Positions 28,448 through 42,459 of a stretch of DNA of 64,000 bases are shown piece by piece. The stretch's first letter is position 1. The number at the start of each line of letters is the position of its first letter. The notes below the pieces were generated by a model. It ran no database searches and had not been told where the DNA came from. It saw only the letters and a list, made by a program, of their open reading frames with translations. This stretch comes from Octopus vulgaris (lineage: Eukaryota): positions 3,224,001-3,288,000 of the forward strand of contig OX597815.1 of the NCBI GenBank assembly GCA_951406725.2, written 5' to 3'. The position numbers and the translations under genes were made by a program.

Positions 28448-28785
28448 TCACAGCAGCAGAACAGCATAAATGAGGTTTTATACTCTTTACAAGTCTGCTG
28501 TCGTTTTCTTTCTGTCTCTCATTCTTCTTTCATTTTATCTTCTACCTTCCCCCTTCCTTCTTTCTTCTGTCATATTCTGTCTTTCTCTACTTCCCACTCC
28601 CTCTTTTACACTATTTCTTTCTTTCTCTCTCTTTTTTAACTATACTATTACAACTCCCTTTCCCTTTCCCTTCCTCTCTCGCTCTCATTGTTAATTATTC
28701 TGTCTGTCTTCCGATTGACAAACAAGGCTCGAATGCATCAAAATACACGTCTTCTCCCTCTCTTTCACTTCTCTCTCTATCTCTA

Positions 28786-28823
<38 letters not shown>

Positions 28824-28972
28824 AGTCTCTGTTATACGTGCATATGTATGCGTGTGTGCGTATATATATATATGTGTGTGTGTGTCTTGAGTCACATCAC
28901 AATGACGTCAAACGCTTCCTCTTCTATCGCATACCTCTCCTCACACACGCCAACAAACTCTCTATCTTTCGC

Positions 28973-29003
<31 letters not shown>

Positions 29004-29239
29004 CTCTCTCTCTTTTTCTCCCCCCACCCCGCCCAATCGATGCCTTCAACACATCTCCATTTCAAGTGTTGCCTGCTTTTACGCACACACATCCTCATAC
29101 ACACACACACACACACATCGTATATTTATATACTGTCACCCTCTTACCAGCACAGACACACACACACACACACACTCTCTCTTTCTTTCTCTCTCTCTCC
29201 CCTCACTCTCTTTCCCTCTCTTTCCCTTTCGTGGATTAC

Positions 29240-29477
29240 TCTTTTACTCTTATTTGTTTCAGTCATTCGACTGCGGCCATGCTGGAGCACCGCATTTAGT
29301 CGAAACAATCAACCCCAGGACTTATTTCTTTGTAAGCCTAGTACTTATTCTATCGGGCTCTTTTGCTGAACTGCTAAGTTACAGGGACGTAAACACGCCA
29401 ACATTGGTTCTCAAGCGATAGTGGGGGAACAAACACAGACACACAAACAAACAAGTACACACACACACATACACACG

Positions 29478-29510
<33 letters not shown>

Positions 29511-29521
29511 GTATATGTATG

Positions 29522-29561
<40 letters not shown>

Positions 29562-29583
29562 TATATGTATGTGTATATGTATG

Positions 29584-29615
<32 letters not shown>

Positions 29616-29637
29616 CATATATATACATATATATATG

Positions 29638-29698
<61 letters not shown>

Positions 29699-29786
29699 GA
29701 CGGGCTTCTTTCAGTTTCCATCTACCATATCCACTCACAAGGCTCTGGTCGATCTGAGGTTATAGAAGAACGCACTTGCCCAAGGC
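29240..29786 (-). mobile_element. SINE family B with expanded internal TA repeat; head displaced to ~29903-29955
   Basis: Matches 7652-8229. Confidence 0.75.
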
Positions 29787-29987
29787 ATTAGCGTAGCTAG
29801 GGGGAAGGCCGTAGGGTCAGTCCTCCACGGGCGATACTTTTAAAGGGGCGGCACTTTTGGGCCTGCTTTCGGCAATATGTGTTTTTTGTGGGGTTCAGTG
29901 GGTCTGAACCTGGAACCATGTAGTTTCGAAGCAAGCTTCTTACCACACAGCCAAACCTGATAGATTGATGATTGATTCATTCATTGA

Positions 29988-30356
29988 TGTTTCTTTATTA
30001 GCCACACAGGGCTGAACAAAGACGGGGCAAGTTACAGAGTAGAGCTTTTCTTTCTGAGGAGACAAAAAAAAGTGGGGGTAGGTTTTCGATCAAAAGGGAT
30101 CGTAAAAAGGAAAGAAAAAAAACGATCAATAGGGATCGTGTATCACAGAAATGTCATAATGTAAAGTGTAAAGGGGGAAACAGATAAGATTCATCCGTGG
30201 AAAGAAAAGCCTACGGAAAAGGCCACGGTAACCTCGGTCACTAATGTCACATGTTAACACATTTATTTACAAGTATGTAACTCTCTGTTTTAAATTTTTC
30301 CAGGTTCATAGGATTATGCTCAAGGTGGCTTCGTCATTCCTACGTGCCATCCTTGC

Positions 30357-30357
<1 letters not shown>
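29988..30357 (-). mobile_element. 3' end of a Tx1/L1-like LINE, second copy
   Basis: Reverse-complement homolog of 19703-20092; adjacent to (GATA/GACA)n at 30357-30633. Confidence 0.6.
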
Positions 30358-30389
<32 letters not shown>

Positions 30390-30442
30390 CACACACACAC
30401 AGACAGACACACACACACACAGACAGACAGACAGACACACAC

Positions 30443-30547
<105 letters not shown>

Positions 30548-30548
30548 C

Positions 30549-30634
<86 letters not shown>

Positions 30635-31215
30635 GTCTTACAGCCCCACCAGCGTCCTTTTATCTACCTCTACACACATGCACAAATGCATGCATGCGAG
30701 GTCCATCCTCGGTCATTGATCCTAAGGTCGTTTCTCCGGATTCTGGGGCGCGTATAATCCCCGGTCCGTCGGTCCGTCGGAGGATCACTCGTCGTTGCCA
30801 TTTGAGATGGAATGGAGGAAGGAGAAACAAAATGGTTTGCAGAGGAACACGATACATCACCCGCACCAGGAAGTGAAACCACAATCTTATGACCATGAAT
30901 GCAACACCTTAACCCCTAAACCAGACGCCGGCCATGCTGGAGCATATCCTTGAAGAATTTTTGAGGAAAGAAGAATCGACGCCAGAAGGCTTTAATCGGT
31001 CCGAGGCAATAGTAGAAGACACTTGCCCAAGGTGCCACGCAGTGGGACTGAACCCAGAACCATGTGGTTGGGAAGCAAACTTCTTACCACGCAGCCACAC
31101 CTTTATATATGTATATATACATATATATAGACACATACATACATTCATACATACATACATACATACCCATTCTTGATGTTGAAATTCCTGTGAAGGAACC
31201 TAGGATCTTGGTTAC

Positions 31216-32360
31216 CTAAGAAGGTGGTAAAGGCCTGTGATCAGTGCAGACGTCCTTCGAATGCCGTTCGGTATCACTCAGGCAGTATCTGCTAACAACA
31301 GCAGCAGAATAAAATATATAAATGCAGTCCTGAAAAGTGAAGTGAGCAACATTGTACGAGTTGGCAGTGAACTCCTCAAGAAGCACTCTCTTCCTGGTGA
31401 TCTCCTATACAGCCTCAAAGTAGCTGGGCTCTCTTACCTCAGAGAAGACCTGGATAGAAAGTACTCAGCGTACAAAAACGAAAAAAAAAAAAAGACCATG
31501 CATGGGTATGTTGCCCGGAAGCTTGAAGAAGACAATAGAATTGACACGAAGCGCAGCCTCTTGGACACAAGACCACTACATCACATGGAACTTTGAAAGC
31601 TATGCGTTTACAATCCAGAAACATATTTCCACAAAGTACCTGGTGAACAAGAGAGACAGAGACGCTCGTGTAATCCCAAGGTGCAACCGCATGTGTAGGC
31701 TATGTCCTGTTTCTGTGGAAGACATTGCGCATGTGATTAGAAGCTGACCTAAAATGTCCTGAAATATACTTAGAAAATCCCTGTTATGGAATACGTTCGT
31801 AAACACCAATTCAAGGAATACTGGTGGAATATTCCCATCAAACCCTCTGTCAAATGTGAATATGACAGACCGAATATTGTTGTTTGGAACAAAGGGGCAA
31901 AAGTATGTACCATCATAGAGGTCAGCTGCCCTGTAGATATAAATACCTCTTTGAAAATCAAAGAAAAAGAGGATATCTATGAACAACTTCTTCGTAACCT
32001 CCAGCTTTGATATCCAGACTATGAGTTCATATTCATACCAATAATAATTGGAGCACTTAGTAAGTGCTTAAAGGAGAATCTGGATAAACTGGGATTTTCA
32101 GAAAAAGAAATCGACCGGCTAATTCGTACAAGTGCAATCTGTGAGTGGAACAGTAAAAATATGCAAGACTTTTCCCAAGTTCCAAATGTGAATTTGTCTG
32201 TTAACTACATCCCAAAGATGGAGCCTTGTATTGTTATTGGAAACCGGCTCCCTCCTCAGTGGAAGATTTATAATAATTAAAGAATAGAAGAGACATACAT
32301 CCTTCACCATTTCTGCCACATAGAGACGATGACTTCACCGCCAGCACTATATTAAAAAAA
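31216..32360 (+). mobile_element. Degenerate RLE-type (R4/NeSL-like) non-LTR retrotransposon fragment
   Basis: CRLCPVSVEDIAHVIRS zinc knuckle and WWNIPIK..DRPNIVVWN..IIEVSCP..KEDIYEQL RLE motif; multiple stops and frameshifts. Confidence 0.75.
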
Positions 32361-32774
32361 CAGCAGCGTTTCATATGTGAAATATAAAAAGAAAATAACA
32401 CAACTGAGGTGATCCATGCAATTAATGGCCAAAATCTCCCACTAACGTTCTTTATAACACGATACACACCAAACTGCCTTTTTTTTTTCATTCATGTAAT
32501 ATTGAGGCATAGCATTTTAAATAGATGGAGTTGTTGTATTATAAACTGGTGTTATGTCTCCGTGGACAGAAAACGTGGGGTTAATTGCAACCAGTTTCTG
32601 GTTTTCATGCATCTTCATCATGAATCTCTGTCCTCTGTCAACAGAGGAATTTGTAGCTTCTGTCTACATAACGGAGAAGAATATTAAGACTCAATGATAC
32701 TGGTGTGTCCAATTTGCATAACAATGACAGATGAATTTAATCATAATGCATTACTCTATGTAGTAGTAGTAGCC

Positions 32775-33239
32775 TATGTCATCAAAGGCCAACTAAGATG
32801 GAGCGGCCACGTGGTTAGAATGACTGACGAACGACTTCCCAAACAGATCTTCTACTTCCAACTCAAAGACGGCAAGCGTACAAAAGGAGGCCAGAAGAAA
32901 CGCTACAAGGACTCCCTGAAAACGAACCTCAAAAAGTGTGACATTAACTTCACCAACTGGGAGGAAACGGCAAAAAAACAGACCACTCTGGAAAACCACC
33001 ATTCATGAGGGAACGGCGACTTTCGAGTCGAAAAGTTCTGCAGAGCTGGAGGAGAAAAGAGGACGACGGAAGGAGCGCCAACAACAACCACGTGCGACTC
33101 TCCCTTCCGGCAGTAGATGTCCGCACTGCGACCGATCTTTTCGAGCAGAAATTGGTCTTATCAGTCACCTGCGGACTCACCAGTAACTTTGCGCGAAGAC
33201 CATCACCCTCGACCTTGAGGGATTGCCATCATCATCATC

Positions 33240-33240
<1 letters not shown>
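32775..33240 (+). mobile_element. 3' fragment of an RTE-clade LINE
   Basis: QLRWSGHVVRMTDERLPKQIFY..GGQKKRYKD, frameshift at an A-run, CPHCDRSF..ISHLRTH*; (CAT)n tail; sits in (TAG)n. Confidence 0.85.
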
Positions 33241-33282
<42 letters not shown>

Positions 33283-33617
33283 ACTACGAAACTAGTTCCA
33301 ATAGACGGAACCATTACGTTGTTGCTTGATCTGCTAGACATAGCAGCCATACAGCCAAGCATCTTAAAGGAGGGAGTATACACTGAATAAAGTAATTATT
33401 CTCGGGTACACCAAAAGGCGGGATGGTTACGGCTGGAATACCATTACGAGCACGGGAGCAAAATTTCCTTCACAAAAGGTAAAAACAGACCAATTCCTTC
33501 AAGCAATCGCTTTTATTGCAGTTTCTCATCTCCTTTGGAAAAATTAGATTATGGAAGAATTTGCGAGATGTGATACGGAATATTGAGTTCTATTGTATTT
33601 ACGAGATATAAATTATA

Positions 33618-33766
33618 GGCTGTGTGGTAAGTAGCTTGCTTACCAACCACATGGTTCCGGGGTCAGTCCCACTACGTGGCACCTTGAGCAAGTGTCTTCT
33701 ACTATAGCCTCACTCCGACCAAAGCTTTGTGAGTGGATTTGGTAGACGGAAACTGAAAGAAGCCCG

Positions 33767-33836
<70 letters not shown>

Positions 33837-34040
33837 GTTTGTGTGTCTGTGTTTGTCCCCCAACATCGCTTTGTCACCGATGCTGGTGTGTTTACGTCCC
33901 CATAAATTAGCGGTTCGGCAATAGAGATCGATAGAATAAGTAGTAGGCTTACAAAGAATAAGTCCTGAGATCGATTTGCTCGACTAAAGGCGGTGCTCCA
34001 GCATGGCCACAGTCAAATGACTGAAACAAGTAAAAGAGTA
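33618..34040 (+). mobile_element. SINE family B
   Basis: Matches 7652-8229. Confidence 0.85.
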
Positions 34041-34096
34041 AAATTTGTGAAATCACACAGAAATTAAAATATGAAAAAAAAAAAAGGAAACGCCAA

Positions 34097-34169
34097 TACC
34101 TCCGACGGGACTCGAACCCGCAATCCCCGGCTTAGGAGGCCGGTGCCTTATCCATTGGGCTACGGAGGC
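34097..34169 (-). tRNA. tRNA-Arg-CCT: tRNA-Arg(CCT), G9A variant
   Basis: One substitution from the majority sequence; long T-run downstream. Confidence 0.92.
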
Positions 34170-34632
34170 TACTTGCTTACATGGCTGCTTGTTTTGCTCT
34201 TTGGTTTCAATATGGAATGGTAGCTAACTCTGATGCCACTGCGTTATTTCGACTATTGATTTCTGCATTCTACTATCAAAGTGCCAGATGTGTCTTTGCC
34301 ATGGTCACGGTTGGATTTTACTGGCAAAGAGCAAGTAATTTGGGAAAACAAAGTCTAGAAAATTATATTTTGGGGACAAACATTCTTTTACAAAAGGAAA
34401 CAATGGTTTAATTCCTTGTCCTTTTCTTTCTCCATAAAAGAGGACTAAATCTTCGGAAAGTCAGAGTTGGGAAACGAACAAAAGGAAAGATCCAACGGAA
34501 ACGTATTTGATCATTTACTGGAGACTATGGAAGAATTTAGAAGAATGCAGAGTATTGAGTTCTCTCTCTTGCATTGCTGGTATATAATTGCCCACATTTT
34601 TGAAATCATAATATAAAAAAAACAAAGATCAG

Positions 34633-34705
34633 TACCTCCGACGGGACTCGAACCCGCAATCGCCGGCTTAGGAGGCCGGTGCCTTATCCATTGGGCCACG
34701 GAGGC
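34633..34705 (-). tRNA. tRNA-Arg-CCT: tRNA-Arg(CCT), G44C variant
   Basis: One variable-loop substitution; T-run downstream. Confidence 0.92.
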
Positions 34706-35161
34706 GGCTTAGTGTCTATTCCCTTTGATGTGCTCTTTGATGTCAGCGCAAAATGCTAACCACTCCTGACGTCATTATGTTTCATTATTTCGACTTTTGA
34801 TTTCTGCATTCTACTATCGACTGCCACAAAAACGTTTCTGCATTGGTGCGCGTGTGCCATCGCAAGCATGCGTGTGTGTGCGCGTTTGTGCGCACCCAAA
34901 GGCAGAAAGTGAAAAGATGCAGGTCACTACTTCGGGATCCGTTAATAACAAAAAGTACTCTGCCAACACTGAATTTCCAAAACCGACGCAGAAATTTACG
35001 TTTTTATCTTTTCCACCTTATTCGAAGATGGAACGAAATGACAATATTTGGAAACGGAAGAGCGTATTGTAAGCAGGAAAAATACATCACGTGTAACAAT
35101 ATAATTGACTGTTATTAATATTTCAAGAGGAAAAAAAGAAAATATTTGGTTGATCGAAACA

Positions 35162-35234
35162 CACCTCCGACGGGATTCGAACCCGCAATCCCCGGCTTAG
35201 GAGGCCGGTGCCTTATCCATTGGGCCACGGAGGC
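35162..35234 (-). tRNA. tRNA-Arg-CCT: tRNA-Arg(CCT), A59/G73 variant
   Basis: T-loop TTCGAAT, discriminator G; stems intact. Confidence 0.92.
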
Positions 35235-36968
35235 GACATGCTTCCAGTCCCTTTCTCTTGTATTTTAAAGTGAAAAACAAAACACCTCCAATGCTGATTG
35301 TATGATACTAATTAAGTATTCACTTTTAGGATAAGCACCAGTTGACGTATTTTTCATGAAGAAATATTATTGAAGAATATTAACTGCTGCTAGAGACACC
35401 AGGTGGCAGGAACGTGTTGAGTTATGTAAATTGATCAATCCAAAAATTTTACATTGCTAAACGTTGTGGCTATTTAAACAACGTGTTCGTGGATGGCTGA
35501 GTTGGATATGGTACTGAAGAAAGAGCAACAACTCTTGAAATATGCAGATACACTCATTACGTATTTTCTCTATCTTTGATTTCATTGTTTACTTAAACGT
35601 ATTCATAAAGGAAACGTCGTAACTTTCAGAGCTGACTCTAAATTCTACAGAGGATCTCTCTGCAGAGATACACTTAAAAATGATTGGAGAACCCCTTCAC
35701 GCTGTATATATCTAGATTATTTAATTCTGGAAGAATGGAAGCGAAAATTGACTTCGATGGCAATCTGAACATTTCGATGCTAATACATAAACCATTCTGA
35801 CAGATTCTGTCACTCGACGCATTTGACGTTGTTTATCCCAAGAACTGACTATTCTTCTTGTATCCCTCATCGTCTCTCAGAGAGCTAATGATTTGTCACA
35901 AGACCAGCAGTTTTAAGGGGGAGGAAAATGATTACATCGACCCCAGTGCTAAACTAGTATTTTATTTTACCAACTTCAAAAGGCTGAAGGTTAAAATCGA
36001 CCTTGACGGGGTTTGAACCCAGAATGTAAAAAAATAGGCAGAAGACATGTCACTAAGCATTTTGTCCGATGCGGTGACGATTCTGCCAGGTCGACACGTT
36101 ACTCACAGCTTTCTAACGATGTCTTATTCATTGAACCGCGCAGAGAACTGAACAACGAGCCCCTTCTCTTCCTGTTTTGAAGTCACAGAAACACAGTTTC
36201 GATTCAATAGAAAAGGCTACATAAGATAATGTACCACCAGGTCTCCCTCCTAAAGCAACAGCGTGGTCACGGTTGGAATGTAGTGGGTAACGGCACGGAA
36301 TTTAGGGGTTTAAATGTAGGAAATTACGTTCTGGGACAAAAGTTCTTTCACAAAAGGAAGGAATCGCCTAATTCTTTGCCCTGTTCCTTCTTCATGAGAG
36401 AGGAATAGTTATTCGGAGAGTGAGACGATCGGAATTAAAGTTTAGAAACGGATGTTACAGTAAAAACTTGCAGGAATTATATTTAACGATTTATCAGCGG
36501 GTTCAATGCGGACCTCCTGCCATTAAACAGTAACTTTGATAACAGTTTATCATCTACTTTTTTAAAAATGAAATTATGGAGGAATCTAGAAAAAAGAATG
36601 ATGTCGAATACTGAGTTCGATTGGATTGATGGAATATAAACTTTACGGAAAGTGATGACCCTCTTCTTCAAATGTAAACAAATACACGTACCGCCGGAAA
36701 CAACCGCAGAAATTGCATTCACCTCAACAGACGTCATTGATTGGTTGAAATTGCCGAAATATAAGAAATTAAACAAGAAATAGCTTACATACTACATAAT
36801 TTTCTCAAGAACGCCAAGAGAAAAAGATGTTTTATGTGACTCATTCTACCAGTATACGAAGTTTAAAAGTGTTTAGTTACAAAGAAATTATTTTTAAAAT
36901 CTACCGGTCAAAGTGAAAAGATCCCAAATTTGTGAAATCATATGGAAATAATAAAAAAAAAAAATCAG

Positions 36969-37041
36969 TACCTCCGACGGGACTCGAACCCGCAATCCCC
37001 GGCTTAGGAGGCCGGTGCCTTATCCATTGGGCCACGGAGGC
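36969..37041 (-). tRNA. tRNA-Arg-CCT: tRNA-Arg(CCT)
   Basis: Majority sequence; long T-run downstream. Confidence 0.95.
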
Positions 37042-37171
37042 GACTTGCTGTTAAGACATCTTGTGTTGCTCTTTGATGTCAACATAGAAAAGTCTGCAAT
37101 CTGACGTCATTGCGTTAATTATTTCGTCTATTGATTTCTACGTTCTACTATCAAACCTCCAGTCGTAATGG

Positions 37172-37239
37172 TTGCGTGTGTGTGTTCTAGCGGGTGGATG
37201 TGTGTGTGTTCTAGCGGGTGGATGTGTGTGTGTGTGTGG

Positions 37240-37275
<36 letters not shown>

Positions 37276-37583
37276 ATGTGTGTGTGTGTGCATAGAGACA
37301 GGCAGACAGAGAGGGGAGGGGGTTAGTTTCCTATTTCAGCGTCTATTTTCAACGAAAATAAAATTCGAACAGAATTGTGAAGAACGACGAAATGCCAGTT
37401 TCTGTTTGTGCGACGTTAGAATTGAGAGAGAGAGAGAGGGGGGAGCGAATGTGTGTGTGTGTGTGTGTGTATGCGTGCATGCGTGTGTGAGTGTGTGTGT
37501 GTGTGCGTGTGTGCGTGCGTGCGTGCGTGTGTGAGTGTGTGTGTGTGTGCGTGTGTGTGTGGATGTGTGCGTGTGTGTGTGCA

Positions 37584-37620
<37 letters not shown>

Positions 37621-37647
37621 GTGTGTGTGTGTTTGTGCGGGCGTGTG

Positions 37648-37679
<32 letters not shown>

Positions 37680-37735
37680 CGGGCGTGTGTGTTTGTGTGT
37701 GCGTGTGTGTGTATGTGTGTGTGTGTGCGTGTGTC
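37172..37735. repeat. Imperfect (GT)n tracts
   Basis: Directly visible. Confidence 0.9.
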
Positions 37736-38076
37736 CTTTTCTACGAAGTAGGGAAGTAAACAGGAAAAGAGCACTTTCCGTTGCCATGGGGACTTCAGAG
37801 TAATCTGAGATGTTTCCCTGTGGCTTCTTCCCAAATCACCCAAGATGAACTACCCCCTTTATTGGGGGGGGGGGAGGTTCGATCTATGTGTTTGTTTGTT
37901 TGTTTGTTTTACTTAATTCTATTTCTTCCACATTTTCTTATATTCTTCTTGTTATTGTTTCAGACTCAATTCAGAGCCCGCTTTTCTTTCTGTCTTTTAA
38001 CGTCTCGGCTCCTTCTGATCAGTCAAAAGAAAGCGACGGTGGAGAAGGAGGGGCTATTCTTAAGTAAGTTTAATGC

Positions 38077-38655
38077 TTTCTATTCCAGGCACAAGGCTTA
38101 AAATTTCTGGGGAGGGGGCCAGTCGATCAGATCGACCCCAGTACGCAACTGGTACTTAATCTATCGACCCCGAAAGGATGAAAGGCAAAGTCGACCTCGG
38201 CGGAATTTGAACTCAGAACGTAAAGACAGACGAAATACCTATTTCTTTACTACCCACAAGGGGCTAAACACAGAGGGGACAAACAAGGACAGACAAACGG
38301 ATTAAGTCGATTATATCGACCCCTAATGCGTAACTGGTACTTAATTTATCGACCCCGAAAGGATGAAAGGCAAAGTCGACATCGGCGGAATTTGAACTCA
38401 GAACGTAAAGAAAAACGAAATACCTATTTCTTTACTACCCACAAGGAGCTAAACACAGAGGGGCAAACAAGGACAGACAAATAGATTAAGTCGATTATAT
38501 CGACCCCTAGTGCGTAACTAGTACTTAATTAATCGACCCCGAAAGGATGAAAGGCAAAGTCGACCACGGCGGAATTTGAACTCAGAACGTAACGGCAGAC
38601 GAAATACGGCTACGCATTTCGCCCGGCGTGCTAACGTTTCTGCTAGCTCGCCGCC
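38077..38655 (-). mobile_element. SINE family A, three tandem units
   Basis: Same structure as 838-1583. Confidence 0.85.
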
Positions 38656-38879
38656 TGCTCAAGTGAATTTAATGAAAGGTGTTCCAAAATGACAAAAAAC
38701 GCCAGAGTGGACGACACCGATCTAGATATAGGCCTGTAAGTTGACCCACAATAATTAGGGAGAGCACTTGCCTTTGGTAATCAGAAAGATCTTGGATGGC
38801 AGAGTTCTTCCATTGCCCCGAGAGGCCCTCTTGTACCGGGAGGACCACTTCTATATTTATTTCTATTCATACAGATGTG

Positions 38880-38949
<70 letters not shown>

Positions 38950-39152
38950 TTGTTTTCTTTTGTTAATATTGTATGTCGTGTATATTTTCTACATACATTC
39001 CTTTCTATATAAATCCCTCGTTTTTATGTGTTTTCGCATCGTTCCCCACCTCCGTCGCCCTAGCGGCAAATAAGTGAAATTATCATTGTTACCGTGGTTC
39101 ACTGAGAAAGGGACGATGGGCTTCGGCTTATGTCTGGTGTTCAATGTCGTGG

Positions 39153-39506
39153 GGGGCACAATGGCCCAGTGGATAGGACAGCGGACTCGCGGTCGTAGGA
39201 TCGCGGTTTCGATTCTCAGACCGGGCGTTGTGAGTGTTTATTGAGCGAAAACACCTAAAGCTCCACGAGGCTCCAGCAGGGGGTGGGGGTGGCGAACAAC
39301 TTTCTCCCACTCTTCCTGTTATCTGTTGTACCTGTATTTCAAAGGGGCCAGTCTTGTCACACTGTGTTACGCTGAACCTCCCCGAGAACTACATAAAGGG
39401 TAGACGTGTCTGTGGAGTGCTCAACCACTTGCACGTTAACTTCACGAGCAGGCTGTTCCGTTGATCGGATCAACTGGAACCCCACGTCGTCCTAACCGAC
39501 ATAGTG
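39153..39506 (+). mobile_element. tRNA-derived SINE, family C
   Basis: TGGCCCAGTGG A-box, GGTTTCGATTC B-box; homologs at 40943-41400 and 63851-64000. Confidence 0.8.
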
Positions 39507-40194
39507 TTCGATGTAATCCTGGATTTTGGGGTTCCTTGAGCGGCCCTAGCTGGAGCTTCTCTTACACCAGGAGGACCGCATCATTCATGTTATCACATAC
39601 TCTGGAGAGACTGTTATCGCATTTCACCGTATTTTCCATTTCTTCTTCACCATCCTTTATGTAAATCACCTCACAAATTGTTGTCTGTCCCTGTGATGTC
39701 CCCCCCCCCCTCATATGTGCCTCTGTGTCTAATAAAAGAAGTTATTGTTGTTGTTGTTGTGATTGTGGTGGTGGTGTAATGCTGGCATTCCGGACAAAAT
39801 GCTTAGCTGCATTTCGTCCGCTTTCCGTTCTGAACAAACTCCACCGAGATCGACTTTGCCCTTCGCCCTTCCTAGGTTCATGAGATAAGTACCAGCCGAG
39901 CATTGTGGTCGATATGATCGGCTATACCCTTCCTCACAAAATCTCAGGCTTTGTGCCTATCATAGAAATTGGTGTTGGTGGTGGTGTTGTTGTTGCTGCT
40001 ATTGTTCAAAATTTTACTTAAGATACAGAAATATAAATTATTAAATGTAAACTCATTCTGGGCTTTAAAAATTAAACAGTAAATTGCCATAAAGAGGACA
40101 AATGGTCTTTTTCAGACTTGAATCTCTGATAAATGATTCTAATTAAACGAAACAGGAATTGTAGACGGAAAGAAAAAAACAACGCATATATATA

Positions 40195-40267
40195 TACCTC
40201 CGACGGGACTCGAACCCGCAATCCCCGGCTTAGGAGGCCGGTGCCTTATCCATTGGGCCACGAAGGC
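40195..40267 (-). tRNA. tRNA-Arg-CCT: tRNA-Arg(CCT), C5T variant
   Basis: U5-G68 wobble, otherwise the majority sequence. Confidence 0.88.
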
Positions 40268-40942
40268 AACTGCTTAACGTAATGCTTTTCTTATACTTTA
40301 AAGTCAAAAGAAGCACAGGCCGTGCTGATTAACGACTGCTGCTGATTAATTACATTAGGCATTAATTACTTTTACGTTGAAACATTTCCGAACTGAATCG
40401 TTTAATGAACTTTACAAGAATAAGATTTCATCTTTTGTCTTTTTACTTCGAACAGTCATTAGACTGCTGCCACGCTGGGGCACCTCCTTGATGAAAGACA
40501 CTGCTGACCTCAGCGGTATTTGAACTCAGAATGTAAAGTGTCGAACGAAATGCAATTACGTGTTTCGTCCGATGCGCAAACGATTCAGCCATTTCACCTC
40601 CTTCGTTTCTGGACACTGACAGTCTGGGAATCTCTTCTAATCCGCACCAATTTACGGGCAGGAACTTCAAATTCCTGATGCCGCCAGACTAGTTTACTGA
40701 GCGAGCGGCCCTCTTTCGCCGTACCTCGCACAGTATAGTATTAATAACCTTGTGTCATTTAAACCACAGGGCGCTACCGCCCCCCGGTGAGCGTTGAGAG
40801 GGTCTAGGTGAGTGCTGGTGCCTAAGGGGGGGGGGCGGTAGAGAAAAAGGAGGCGTTGTGAAGAAGACAGTAGATTGGGGGATTGCTATGAATTTATTAT
40901 GATATCGCTTTAGTATTATATACAAATTATGTGGAATGGGAA

Positions 40943-41400
40943 GCACTCCGTCGGTTACGACGATGAGGGTTCCAGTTGATCCGAATCAACGGAACAACCT
41001 GCTCGTGAAATTAACGTGTAATTTCTTTATTTCGTGAAATTAACGTGTAATTTCTTTATTTCGTGAAATTAACGTGTAATTTCTTTATTTCGTGAAATTA
41101 ACGTGTGAGTGGCTGAGCACTCCACAGACACGTGTACCCTTAACGTAGTTCTCGGGGATATTCAGCGTGACACAGAGAGTTACAAGGCCGGCCCTTTGAA
41201 ATACAGGTACAACAGAAACAGGAAGTAAGAGTGAAAGAAAGTTGTGGTGAAAGCAGGGAACACCACTATCCCCTGCCGGAGCCTTGTGGAGCTTTTAGGT
41301 GTTTTGGCTCAATAAACACTCACAACCCCCGGTCTGGGAATCGAAACCACGATCCTATGACCGCGAGTCCGCTGCCCTAACCACTGGGCCATTGCGCCTC
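40943..41400 (-). mobile_element. SINE family C containing a 29-bp tandem repeat (41003-41107, ~3.6 copies)
   Basis: Homolog of 39153-39506; unit TCGTGAAATTAACGTGTAATTTCTTTATT. Confidence 0.8.
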
Positions 41401-42201
41401 CACACACGCTGACATAGAACCAACGCTGAACCCTTTATTCACAATACTACCGAATCTGGAACTTAACTATGGTTTGTCTATAGCACCTATTCAGTATTAC
41501 CTGACACCTTTGGGTCTCAATGACACCATTATCTCTTATAACCTCAACTTCTCGCTACTATAAAATATAAAATATTTATTTATAGATAAAAATAGGGGCT
41601 GGGGATGTTGAGGGTATTGTGTGGCCATGGGGGGAGGGGCGGTAACCTCAAAAGTTTGAGAACCTCTGATTTAAACTAATATACAGGTTCCTGCATTTTA
41701 TTTAACTATGTAAGTAACCTTAATATTTGTTTAATTTAGAGACGACCCCCCCTCCTCTCCCGTTCAGAAAAATTAGTAATCCTGAGAGGCGTTGGTTCAG
41801 GAAAATCGATGTTGTACCAGTAATTACGAGGGTTGCGGGGTGGGGGAGTGCAGTTCACCTCCCCCTCGCGAGTCCTCTCGTAACGTCGATTCTTGCTAAC
41901 CGCGATATGTCCGTGAGAGCCCTACACGCCTAATCTCTGGTCATAACCGAACGGCAAATTCCTTCAACTTGCGGGGCAACACACGTCTGCGAAGTACGAC
42001 GACCCCCCCCCCCCTCCCAGCAAAAGAGGCCCACGCTAGTCATGCTTCCGCTCACATGACTTTCCTTGTTCCTCTCCTTCCGGCAAGGTCTCTCGGTCGT
42101 TCGCGTGTCTCCCCAGACCTTACACTTCGGACCCATCACAGCCCCACAGCTTAAAAAGTGTTTCGAATTCTTAGAAGGAGGGAGAAAAAAATTATCAAAT
42201 A

Positions 42202-42274
42202 TACCTCCGACAGGACTCGAACCCGCAACCCTTGGCTTAGGAGGCCGATGCCTTATCCATTGGGTCACGAAGGC
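42202..42274 (-). pseudogene. Degenerate tRNA-Arg(CCT)
   Basis: About 7 substitutions, including G10A (A-box/D-stem) and a C28-A42 mismatch in the anticodon stem. Confidence 0.75.
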
Positions 42275-42459
42275 GTCTGAAAGTAAAATGCTTTCTTTTC
42301 TGCTTTGAAGTAAAAAAAAAAAAAAAAAAGAAAAAGAAAAAACTGAGTCATATCTGCAACACAACTCGAAACTGCAATCTCCGGCTTTGAGCCACAGAAG
42401 CTACGACGAAAGATAAACTTGTCTAAAATTCTGAAGTCAAAATAGAACAATAATTATAT

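Noticed and set aside
39153-39230. tRNA-like heads at 39153, ~41330-41400, ~60270-60337 and 63851
   Set aside because: No proper acceptor stem, and each continues into a repeat body; these are SINE heads, not tRNA genes
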